Origin: Nitrospirota bacterium
Lineage (GTDB): Bacteria > Nitrospirota > UBA9217
Direction of reading: 5' to 3'
Length of the DNA: 64,000 nt
NCBI GenBank assembly: GCA_963845065.1
Contig: CAWJQQ010000003.1
Location: 1-64,000, forward strand
Shown piece by piece: positions 43,819 through 53,212 of this stretch. The stretch's first letter is position 1. Every line of letters begins with the position of its first letter. The notes beneath the pieces are model-generated. The model made no database searches, had not been told where the DNA came from, and worked only from the letters and a program-made list of their open reading frames with translations. Position numbers and translations under genes: made by a program.

Positions 43819-43945
43819 TATATACCGATAGATATATCGCAGGATTCTCGATAAGCTGAAAACCTATCTACCAGTAGATACATCACAGATATATACGGGT
43901 AGATAGAAATATATACCAGTAGATAGCTCTATATACCTATGGATG
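43819..43945. repeat. Five 16-bp imperfect palindromes TAT(A/C)TAC-NN-RT(A/G)GAT(A/G)
   Basis: Copies start at 43819, 43865, 43890, 43910 and 43930. Confidence 0.8.
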
Positions 43946-43959
43946 GCTGGTTCCTTATA

Positions 43960-43977
43960 GTCAATAACATGTTAGCC
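43960..43977 (+). other. attI-like recombination site / 5' boundary of a cassette
   Basis: Core GTTAGCC at 43971-43977 is the exact reverse complement of the attC inverse core GGCTAAC at 44629. Confidence 0.7.
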
Positions 43978-44028
43978 GGAATTGTATGCGGCTTCTCAAT
44001 GGGCGGATCAAGAGACGGAGGGGACACG

Positions 44029-44589
44029 ATGGCCAAACTGATCTATTCCGCGTTTACGTCGCTAGATGGTTATGTTGCGGATGAAACCGGCAACTTCGAT
44101 TGGGCGGAGCTAGATGATGAAGTCCACGCCTTCATTAACAGCCGCGAGAGGCGGATCGGCACCTATCTCTTTGGGCGCAAGATGTACGAGACGGTGGCCG
44201 TGTGGGAGACGCCGGAAGCGCTTTCCCATCTGACGTCAGCCGCGCTGGAATTCGCGCCGATTTGGCAGGCGGCTGAAAAGATCGTGTACTCGACGACGCT
44301 GTAGAGGGTCACTACGGCCAAGACGCGGCTCGAGCGAAGATTTGAGGTGGACGTCGTACGGGAACTCAAGGCAGGGGCGACTCGCGATGTTGCGGTGGGC
44401 GGTCCGACACTCGCAGCGCATGCCATTCGAGCTGGCCTTGTCGACGAATATGACCTACTCATCGCGCCGATCATCGCGGGCGGCGGCAATCTCTATCTGC
44501 CAAGCAAGGTCTCCCTGAAGCTCGAGCTTCTCGATGAATGCACGTTCAACAACGGTTTGGTTCACGTTCGGTACCGAGCGAAGAGCTGA
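44029..44589 (+). pseudogene. Dihydrofolate reductase/RibD C-terminal family cassette gene with one in-frame TAG
   Basis: SLDGYVAD, LFGRKMYE, GGPTLA, GLVDEY; TAG at 44302-44304, same frame continues to 44589. Confidence 0.85.
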
Positions 44590-44628
44590 CAATGAGGGTG
44601 ACACCGTCCATCTTCATGGCGGGGTACC

Positions 44629-44726
44629 GGCTAACAAAGCGTTGCACTTGACCGGGTCGGCATCACGGCTTTTCGAGCGATCACGTTCCTTGCAGCCGAC
44701 CCGGCAAGTGAACGCAGTCGTTAAAA
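44629..44726 (+). other. Integron attC site (98 bp)
   Basis: GGCTAAC..GCGTTgCACTTGaCCGGGTCGGC..GCCGACCCGGCAAGTGAACGC..GTTAAAA: inverse core, L boxes, two extrahelical bases, core. Confidence 0.88.
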
Positions 44727-44785
44727 TGTAAAAAGATCTCAAAATTTCATCGGACGTCAAATTATATCTAAGTCCTGAGGGAACA

Positions 44786-45739
44786 ATGCCATACAAGCAC
44801 TTATTTTTTTTCAGAAATAAACGAGAGATGCTTTTTTTGCCCCTTTCTGTCCTGTTTTTGATTCTGCTATCAGTTCCTGCTGCGATTGCGGAAGTATCGA
44901 GTAATCCTACTCAGACAACAGGAAGAAATGACGATAGCTTGGTTTCTGCTCCTGCTTCCACGGTCATATGCAGCTGCCCCACGACAACCCAATACGCGAA
45001 GAGCAACCTTTTTACGCTTCAGCCGTATAAGCCTGTATATGCCATCGTTGCGTATAACTGGACGCTGAGCAATGGAGTTAGCGGTGTCCAGAACGGGGAA
45101 ATGCAATTTCAGTTGAGCTTTAAAATCCCTTTGGCGAACATCCCCTGGGCAAATGGACAGTTTGCCTTCGGGTATACCCAGGTCTCTTTTTGGCAGATAT
45201 TCAGCAACTCTCCCTATTTCCGCGAAACAAACTATGCGCCGGAGTTCATGAGCTATTTTGATTACAAGACAACAGCCGTAGGACTGAATAATATCCACAC
45301 GACATTTGGTCTCCTCCACCAGTCAAACGGCAGGGGCGGGGAAGAAGAGCGGAGCTGGAACCGAGTGTATACCGAGGTCTTGCTCGAGTGGGACCATTTT
45401 TTTCTGGGTCTGAAGCCATGGTACCGTATTCCGGAGCAGCAAAAGAGCTCGCCAACGGATGCACGGGGCGATGATAATCCTGATATCGAACGGTACCTAG
45501 GTTATGGAGAGCTTACCGCGGGATACCAGAACAAGGGGTGGTCTCTTCAGCTGACTGCCCGCAACAACCTTCTCGGCAGCCAGAACAACGGATCGACCCA
45601 GCTTGATCTAACCTTACCGATTTGGCATGACGCCAAGTTTTATATTCAGGTGTTTGAGGGATATGGCTTGGATTTGATCGATTATAACCGGCGCATAACG
45701 CACATTGGCTGTGGAGTGTTGCTTGCAAAGTGGCCGTGA
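44786..45739 (+). CDS. pldA: Outer-membrane phospholipase A
   Basis: FQLSFK, FRETNYAPE, HQSNG...RSWNR catalytic motif, DNPDI..YLGYG. Confidence 0.9.
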   Translation: MPYKHLFFFRNKREMLFLPLSVLFLILLSVPAAIAEVSSNPTQTTGRNDDSLVSAPASTVICSCPTTTQYAKSNLFTLQPYKPVYAIVAYNWTLSNGVSGVQNGEMQFQLSFKIPLANIPWANGQFAFGYTQVSFWQIFSNSPYFRETNYAPEFMSYFDYKTTAVGLNNIHTTFGLLHQSNGRGGEEERSWNRVYTEVLLEWDHFFLGLKPWYRIPEQQKSSPTDARGDDNPDIERYLGYGELTAGYQNKGWSLQLTARNNLLGSQNNGSTQLDLTLPIWHDAKFYIQVFEGYGLDLIDYNRRITHIGCGVLLAKWP

Positions 45740-45753
45740 TTCCCGAAATGTCC

Positions 45754-46623
45754 AGGTCAGCAAGGAGAGCATAGATTTCTTTACCTTGCAGATCAAAGCA
45801 CTCGAATCCGTTGTGGGAGAGCGGGTAGCTCTGCGGGAGCCGTACAACAAGCTTATGACGGAACCTGGCATTGGCAAGATCCTGGGCCTGACGATTATGC
45901 TGGAGACTGGCCTATCGATCGATTTGCCGATGTTGGGAATTTTGTATCGTACTGTCGAAAGGTTTCGACCGTTTGGATCAGCAACGAGAAGCAAAAGGGC
46001 AAAGGGAACAGGTAGTGCGGTAACAAGTATCTTGCCTGGGCATTCTCAGAAGCAGCAGAACTAGCGCGTCGATTTGATAAGGACGCACGAGCCTATTACA
46101 ACAGCAAAGCGCAGAAGACGAACAGGATGGTGGCGCATAATGCCCTTGCTCATAAGCTAGCGAGAGCGGCTTATTACATCATGCGGGACGGTGTGTCGTT
46201 CATGCCGGGAAAGTGCTTTGGGTGAAAGATGGCTGGGGCGGTGAACCAGCAATAGGACTGGCAAACCCATTAGAAATGATTGGCAATCCGCCCCACCCGT
46301 AGTATATATCGTTATCAGTATCTTTGCTGCCCGTGCCGTGAACTATTACAGGACTGGTCAATAACCATAAGAAATAAAAAACCCCTTGGGCGCGGCAAGG
46401 AGCCGAAGATTTTCTGGTCCACCGACGGTGGAAAGGGTCATGGAGATATCCTGCAGTACCAATGACCTTAATCCTAATGGGTGTCTGATGCAGTGAAGTA
46501 TTGACATCGAATTAAATGAAATTGCGGCAATGGTGAGGATGATGGTAACGAAAAGGCTCGACGAGAAAATAAATTTTCTCGTCACAAGATAGCTATTTTC
46601 ACTTGACAGTGCCCATAAATGGA
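45754..46623 (+). mobile_element. IS110/IS1111 element, 5'-truncated copy
   Basis: Near-identical to 51207-52076; same frameshift plus an extra TAG; right junction ATGGA|TG|TCCTATT. Confidence 0.9.
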
Positions 46624-47226
46624 TGTCCTATTTTAGGTTACAATACCCTGACGTAATTGGAGGGTACTGTGACGGAAAAGGACATGATCACCATGAGCAG
46701 GAGAGAGACAAAAAGACTGCACATTATCCACCAAGCAATGGATAAGAGGATCACCCAGGAGAAAACAGCGGAGCTTATAGGTTTGAGCGGCAGACAGCTT
46801 CGGCGGATGCTCAAGCGTGTACGGGAGGAAGGAGATGATGGCATTAGCCACCGATCCCGCGGCAAGATCTCGCATCGTCGTGTCCCCCAGAAGATCAAAG
46901 AGAAGACACTTAAGCTGTTTAGGGAGAAGTACAGTGATTTTGGCCCTACCTTTGCCAGCGAGAAGCTTCTTGATGTTCATGAAATCAAGGTAAGCAAAGA
47001 AACTCTTCGTCTATGGCTGAATAAGGAAGATATCCCCTATGCGAAGCGCAAAGGGAGAAAGCACCGGCAGTGGCGCGAGAGAAAGCATCATTTGGGAGAA
47101 ATGGTCCAGATGGATGGTTCCCATCATGACTGGTTCGAAGGCCGGGGTCCTGAATGTGTATTAATGGGATATATCGATGATGCCACAGGAACGGTGTCGG
47201 GACGTTTTTATGACTATGAGTGGACC
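46624..47226 (+). pseudogene. IS1202-type (ISNCY) element: inner left end and truncated transposase
   Basis: HTH (LIGLSGRQLRRM), YSDFGPTFASEKL, GEMVQMDGSHHDWFEGR, IDDATG; similarity stops near 47226. Confidence 0.85.
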
Positions 47227-47510
47227 ATGCCGCGCATAATGTTGTACACAGAATTACGAAAACTGTTAATACAAAAAACACGGGCATACGCCCGAAAGGT
47301 CTTCAGGACATGAAGCATGTTCCTTTGTTTGAGCGACGGATCACTTTTTCAGTTTCCTCCGCTGAAAAAAAAGAACATGCGCATTTGATATACTAGAACT
47401 AATTTTATTATAGCATATGCGGCGAAATGCACTATCGTGCACTATGGTAAGAGTAATTGCAATGATGTTTCCTTCGACGACCGTAGCTACGAGCAAAGGA
47501 GAACCATCAT

Positions 47511-48527
47511 ATGGATCTAAAGACATTGAAGAAAAATGCCAGAGAAAAACTGGAGGGCTATTGTCATGTATGTCCGGTCTGTGACGGCCGCGCTTGTGCC
47601 GGGGAAGTGCCGGGCATGGGCGGCGTGGGAACGGGTAGGTCGTTCATGGCTAATCTCGAGGCTCTGGCAAAATATCGGTTAAATATGCGCACCATTCATG
47701 CAGTCAGGACACCTGACACGTCGCTGGAGCTGTGGGGTGAGAAGCTCGCGCTTCCCGTTCTTGCAGCACCGATGACCGGGACCCCCTATAATATGGGCGG
47801 CAAAATGACGGAGCAGGAATTCATCGAAGAGATCGTATCCGGTTCATTGCTTACGGGCACACTGAGCATGACGGGAGACGGTGCAGACCCTTCAATGTAT
47901 GAGAGCGGTTTGAAATCCGGCGCAGCGCACAAGGGGAGGACCATTGCCATCATAAAGCCGAGGTCGCAGGAGGAGATCATCAGGTATCTTGACCTCGCTG
48001 ATGCAGCCGGTGTCTTGGCTGTAGGCATGGATATCGACGGCGCTGGCCTCGTCACGATGGCGATGAAAGGTCAGCCGGTCAGTCCCAAAACATTGGCAGA
48101 AGTTAAAGAAGTCGTGTCTGCGACTAAGTTGCCGTTCATTCTGAAAGGAATCATGACTCCTGAGGAGGCGGAACTGGCAGTTGAAGCAAAAGCTGCCGCC
48201 ATCGTCGTGTCAAATCACGGAGGCCGCGTCATGGATTTCACTCCCGGAACTGCCGAAGTCCTTCCCCAGATCGCAGACCGGGTACGCGGCAAAATTTTTA
48301 TCTTTGCCGATGGAGGCGTCCGAAGCGGCGCCGACGTTCTTAAGATGCTTGCTTTAGGCGCCGACGCGGTTCTCATCGGAAGACCGTTGGCGATCTACGC
48401 GTTCGGCAGCGGGCGTGAAGGCGTCGCCATGCTGTTGAATACCATGAAGAATGAACTCATCCAAAGTATGCTCTTGACCGGTTCGGCAGATGTAAAAAAA
48501 ATATCTAGAGATATTCTTTTACTCTAA
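47511..48527 (+). CDS. FMN-dependent alpha-hydroxy-acid oxidizing enzyme
   Basis: LKGIMT, SNHGGR, DGGVRSGADV; N-terminal CHVCPVCDGRAC. Confidence 0.9.
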   Translation: MDLKTLKKNAREKLEGYCHVCPVCDGRACAGEVPGMGGVGTGRSFMANLEALAKYRLNMRTIHAVRTPDTSLELWGEKLALPVLAAPMTGTPYNMGGKMTEQEFIEEIVSGSLLTGTLSMTGDGADPSMYESGLKSGAAHKGRTIAIIKPRSQEEIIRYLDLADAAGVLAVGMDIDGAGLVTMAMKGQPVSPKTLAEVKEVVSATKLPFILKGIMTPEEAELAVEAKAAAIVVSNHGGRVMDFTPGTAEVLPQIADRVRGKIFIFADGGVRSGADVLKMLALGADAVLIGRPLAIYAFGSGREGVAMLLNTMKNELIQSMLLTGSADVKKISRDILLL

Positions 48528-49199
48528 GAGTCTGTCGAACTTGTGATAGCAAATCCAGCATTATAAGTTAACGGACTGCTCAGAAGCAGCCAATCATTTC
48601 AGCTTTTTCATCGGTGACGTGACTAAAAAGCAGATTATTTGTTCTTTCTTAACGCTTTCGGATCAAGGCATGCAGCCTTTTCAGGTTCCAGGCGATGCAA
48701 ACCAGATCCCACTCCCCTTGTGCGGATTGGTAACCGAGAAGCAGGAACCTCCGGAACCCCATGACCGCCTTGATGATGCAAAAAAGACAGGTTCAACCGT
48801 ACTCTTGCGCTTGGCATAGAGTTTTTTACCTGCTTGGGTCAGGAGCCGGTGCTTCATCCTGGTAACTGCATCGACATAATCCGATATGGGTGAGGGTTCT
48901 CTGAACCGTTCCATGAGCGGTTGATTATGCTGTTCCCTGCCGAAGGCAATGTACGGTTTTATCTTGCGCTTCTCACACAGGACAACATTGTCTTCACTGA
49001 AGTAGCCACTGTCGGCAAGAAGCGCATCAACGGTACCGAATGATTCTGGTAATGCCGCAAGATCATTGAGTGCCGGTTCAAGCTGCTGTTTACCGTTGGG
49101 TTGCTGGCTTACGTTATTGGTGACGATCAGCAGTGAATCGATATCCACGCCTGCTTTGGCATTGTATGCTTGTTCGAAACCACCACCGGACTTTTTCAT
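48525..49199 (-). pseudogene. IS1182-family transposase 3' remnant
   Basis: GFEQAYNA, ADSGYFSE, YAKRKSTVEPVF followed by a frameshift; end resembles CGACAGACTCTTAG. Confidence 0.8.
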
Positions 49200-49218
49200 G
49201 AATACTCAATCGGAACCG

Positions 49219-49491
49219 TGTAATCCCAAAATGATAATGTCCTATTCTACCAAAGTAGAAGTGTCCTATTTTAAGATATTAAGACAGTTGTTCAAATGTC
49301 AGGGGAGCCTGCATTAATGCACCTGCAAATGCTCTACGTATCGTAAACGACATAAAAGTAGTGCTAACAGAGCTTGATTGCCATGAGATCCTTAAAAAGT
49401 TCAGTTTGAGTACGGCTAGAGGCGCTTTTAATGTAAAAGAAGCGGACATTTCTATTTTGGTGTGATAGGACAGTTCTACTTTGGGACAACA
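49219..49491. mobile_element. MITE derived from an IS1202-type element
   Basis: TGT...ACA ends, repeated AAAgTAGAAnTGTCC motifs at both ends, no ORF, 16-bp target duplication TACTCAATCGGAACCG (49203-49218, 49492-49507). Confidence 0.88.
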
Positions 49492-49626
49492 TACTCAATC
49501 GGAACCGTTGACAACTCAGGGCATCAAGCATATATTCATCCATGATACTTTGTGCGGTGGGTCAACTATGTATTGTGAAGATATTAGAATTCGCATTCCG
49601 GAATTATAATTGACGGGAGGTACTCT

Positions 49627-50106
49627 ATGTCAACAGACGATAAAGGAGCTATTGGACCGGACGCTTTGACTGGAGAATATATTGCGATTGACTATAAGGC
49701 GCTTGGGTCCAAAATCAAGCACATTCGGGGTACTGCTACTCAGGCGGACTTCGCCAAACAATTCGGTATAACGCGGGTTGAGGTCAGCAAGATCGAGCGA
49801 GGTGAAGTCCGGCCGACTGCTGAGCTGCTTTATAATATTTGTTTGAAAAATCATTTCAGCCTTGAGTGGATGTTGTCCGGTCACGAGCCCTCACCTGAGT
49901 CCGCACAAGAAGAACTTTTTAAAGAAGAGCCTGTAAAAGCTGCGCTAGTGAAAGAGGATCCACCGGCAGTGTGCGCAACGCCGATCCTTGAAATAACCGA
50001 CATGATCGAATGGTTCAGGCTGCACCCAGAAGACCTGTGCTTGGTCAATAAAATGATTCAGGGCAAGAAACTTATGCTGGATTCAATGAAGGAGCTGGAG
50101 AAATAA
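49627..50106 (+). CDS. XRE-family HTH transcriptional regulator
   Basis: TQADFAKQFGITRVEVSKIERGEVRP, SLEWMLSG. Confidence 0.85.
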   Translation: MSTDDKGAIGPDALTGEYIAIDYKALGSKIKHIRGTATQADFAKQFGITRVEVSKIERGEVRPTAELLYNICLKNHFSLEWMLSGHEPSPESAQEELFKEEPVKAALVKEDPPAVCATPILEITDMIEWFRLHPEDLCLVNKMIQGKKLMLDSMKELEK

Positions 50107-50659
50107 TAGATAAGTTACCTGCCTCGTGTTCATCGGGCGAAGAAGAATGATGCGCATCTTGTGCAATTTACACCTGTATTTGATGATTGTTTAGCCTGAT
50201 CGAAATTACGGACTTGTAGATACATACTATATCGCTCCTGTCAAGAGCCAAGAGAAAATTGAGTATGTTCGATAAGATGTATATCCGAGTCGCTTACAAG
50301 GTACAGCTCTCCTTTCGGTATTTCTACCGTCATTGCTTTTATCGGTGAGTCTCTCACATCCAGACGAACGATATCTCTAATAGTTATTGCTATCCGGTGT
50401 GCCGCGCTTTCGCTCTGGCCACCTAGAATATCTTATCCAGATTCTATCGTTCAACTTTCACTCCGTCTATTACCACATACACATGCAATATCCCATCAAC
50501 ATATCCCATCGACTTCATGTAATCCTAAAAAATGATAATGTCCTCTTCCGCCAAAGTAGAAGTGATAATCATATAAATGGCACCTCCGAGCATAGCAGAA
50601 TCGTAAGATTTTGCTATGCTCATAGGAAAAGAGACCAATCTTAACCCTGGAGGTGCTGT

Positions 50660-51678
50660 ATGAGATTATACGCTGGCTGTGATCTGCATTCAAGCAACAC
50701 CTATCTTGGCATCATCGATGAGGATGGCAAACGAGTATTCAAGAAGAAGTTATCAAACGATCGTGAAGTCATCCTGAACACACTGGCGCCATACAAAGAC
50801 AGTATCGTAGGCATCGTCGTGGAATCGACGTATAACTGGTACTGGCTAGTCGATATCCTGACGGAAGAGGGCTACAAGGTGCATTTTGCAAACACTACGA
50901 AGATCCAGGAATACTCTGGACTCAAGTATGCGGACGATCAACACGACGCCTTCTGGCTGGCCGAGATGCTCCGGCTTGGTATTCTCCCGGAGGGATATAT
51001 CTATCCGAAAGAAGATCGACCGATTCGAGATTTACTCAGGAAGCGAAGTCATTTAGTACGTCTTCGAACATCGCTGATTTTAAGTCTTCAGAACATTCTT
51101 AGCCGTAACAATGGAGTCAAACTGAAGGCGAATGCTGTCAAGGCATTAACCATCGATCATGTAACTCCCTATCTTGCCGACAACGAGGATCTAGCGTTGG
51201 CAGGAAAGGTCAGCAAGGAGAGCATAGATTTCTTTACCTTGCAGATCAAAGCACTCGAATCCGTTGTGGGAGAGCGGGTAGCTCTGCGGGAGCCGTACAA
51301 TAAGCTTATGACGGAACCTGGCATTGGCAAGATCCTGGGCCTGACGATTATGCTGGAGACTGGCCTATCGATCGATTTGCCGATGTTGGTAATTTTGTAT
51401 CGTACTGTCGAAAGGTTTCGACCGTTTGGATCAGCAACGAGAAGCAAAAGGGCAAAGGGAACAGGAAGTGCGGTAACAAGTATCTTGCCTGGGCATTCTC
51501 AGAAGCAGCAGAACTAGCGCGTCGATTTGATAAGGACGCACGAGCCTATTACAACAGCAAAGCGCAGAAGACGAACAGGATGGTGGCGCATAATGCCCTT
51601 GCTCATAAGCTAGCGAGAGCGGCTTATTACATCATGCGGGACGGTGTGTCGTTCATGCCGGGAAAGTGCTTTGGGTGA
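50660..51678 (+). pseudogene. IS110 family DEDD recombinase with a -1 frameshift near 51363
   Basis: GCDLHS, VVEST, DDQHDAFWLA; shifted frame gives ISNEKQKGKG..GNKYLAWAFSEAA..LAHKLARAAYYIM. Confidence 0.9.
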
Positions 51679-51684
51679 AAGATG

Positions 51685-51960
51685 GCTGGGGCGGTGAACC
51701 ATCAATAGGACTGGCAAATCCATCAGAAGTGATTGGTAATCCGCCCCACCCGTAGTATATATCGTTATCAGTATCTTTGCTGCCCGTGCCGTGAACTATT
51801 ACAGGACTGGTCAATAACCATAAGAAATGAAAAACCCCTTGGGCGCGGCAAGGAGCCGAAGATTTTCTGGTCCACCGACGGTGGAAAGGGTCTTGGAGAT
51901 ATCATTCAGTACCAATGACCTTAATCCTGATGGGTGTCTGATGCAGTGAAGTATTGACAT
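51685..51960 (+). ncRNA. Predicted bridge/seek RNA of the IS110 element (second copy about 46232-46507)
   Basis: GGGGCGG/CCGCCCC stem enclosing AATAGGAC and AGAAGTG, which match the two flanks of the insertion site; boundaries approximate. Confidence 0.72.
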
Positions 51961-52145
51961 CGAATTAAATGAAATTGCGGCAATGGTGAGGATGATGGTA
52001 ACGAAAAGGCTCGACGAGAAAATAAATTTTCTCGTTACAAGATAGCTATTTTCACTTGACAGTGCCCATAAATGGATGTCCTATTTTAAGTTGCAATAAT
52101 CTGACGTAATTGGAGAGTACTGTGACGGAATGGATATGATCACTA

Positions 52146-52947
52146 AAAAGACCTCCTGGGGCGCCTTGTCTGTGAACCGATCAGAATGTAGGATGTCAAG
52201 CACTCCTTGCCGTTCGACTGAAGACAGTGCACGCGGAGGACTCGGACGTTTTATCGGCTCTATGAGAGGCGCATTTTTCCGCGCCTGCATCCGGTAGAAT
52301 CCTGAACGAGGGATATCAAGCGATTCACGTGCTGATTTGATCCCGACATCAGAGGAAAGAGTAAGAGCGGCTTCCATCACTCGTCCCCTCCGTTCTCGTC
52401 GGTCGCAATCGGGATCCTCAGAAGCTGTGATATATTTTTTGAACGTCGTTGATGATTTCTGCCTTTCTGAGGCGATTGGTAAGCCGCTCATTCTCCTTGC
52501 GGAGCTTCTCGTTCTCTGCTGCAAGAGGATTGCGGACTGATTCCTTACGACCCCGCTTCTTGGGCTCGAGGGCTGATAGTACGCCACGATTGCGCTGACC
52601 ACGCCAGGTGCCGAGATTTGATGCATAGAGTCCCTCCTGGCGCAAGAGCTTACCAAGGCACCCAGGCGTGTTTCAGGCATCGGCAAGCGCAAGGACGCGA
52701 AACTTGTATTCAGCCGTAAAACGTCGCCGAGCGGCTTTAGCCGGAACCTCGGGGTCTGGCAGGACCGAAGACACACCTTGAGACGAATTGACTTCTTGCG
52801 GGGCTTCGCCCCAGGGAACCTCAGTCGCCCTACGGGCCCCTTCGTTTCCCTGGGTTGCTTTGATCTTTGTTGCTATCATAATGATTTCACCTCCCCGCCC
52901 TCTACTCTAATTTACCATAGGGGAGGCGTCTCAGTTATATTGACACA
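52146..52947 (-). pseudogene. IS3-family remnant (frameshifted orfA, start of orfB)
   Basis: PDPEVPAKAARRRFTAEYK, LRQEGLYASNLGTWR, PPRALS..ERQ; TGTGTCAA end at 52947. Confidence 0.82.
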
Positions 52948-53212
52948 GAGGGTTATACATACAGCCATCCCTCGTTGGTCGGGACAAACGTAATATCAGA
53001 TACCAGTGGGCCTTTATAGTCTCGATGAATCAGTAAATTAGCAGCCAATAAGTAGTTATGCTTTGAATCAGTAGTTTTCCTGAACCTCCTTCATCAAATG
53101 GGGGAGGCTTAGGTTGTACTTTATATGTTGCTAAGAATGGCAAAATCGGAGAGGAAGCGCTTAGTGAACTTCAAGAAGATTTCTAGAAAGATATGTGAGC
53201 TGCTTTATAAAA

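Larger units (their letters stand above)
50565..52076 (+). mobile_element. IS110/IS1111 family element, full length
   Basis: TG core on both sides (50563-64, 52077-78); short left and about 400-bp right non-coding end; TTGACA near the right end. Confidence 0.9.
50518..52144 (+). mobile_element. IS1202-type left-end fragment interrupted by IS110 (host parts 50518-50564 and 52077-52144)
   Basis: TGTAATCCTAAAAAATGATAATGTCC..AAAGTAGAAG|TG matches the MITE left end; continues TCCTATTTT after the IS110. Confidence 0.82.

Noticed and set aside
43819..43945. Possible CRISPR array
   Set aside because: Repeats are 16 bp with 4-30 bp gaps, too short and irregular; no cas genes in the window
45754..52144. 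Simple segmental duplication explaining the two IS110 copies
   Set aside because: Flanking IS1202-type DNA is clearly more diverged than the IS110 part; disfavoured but not excluded
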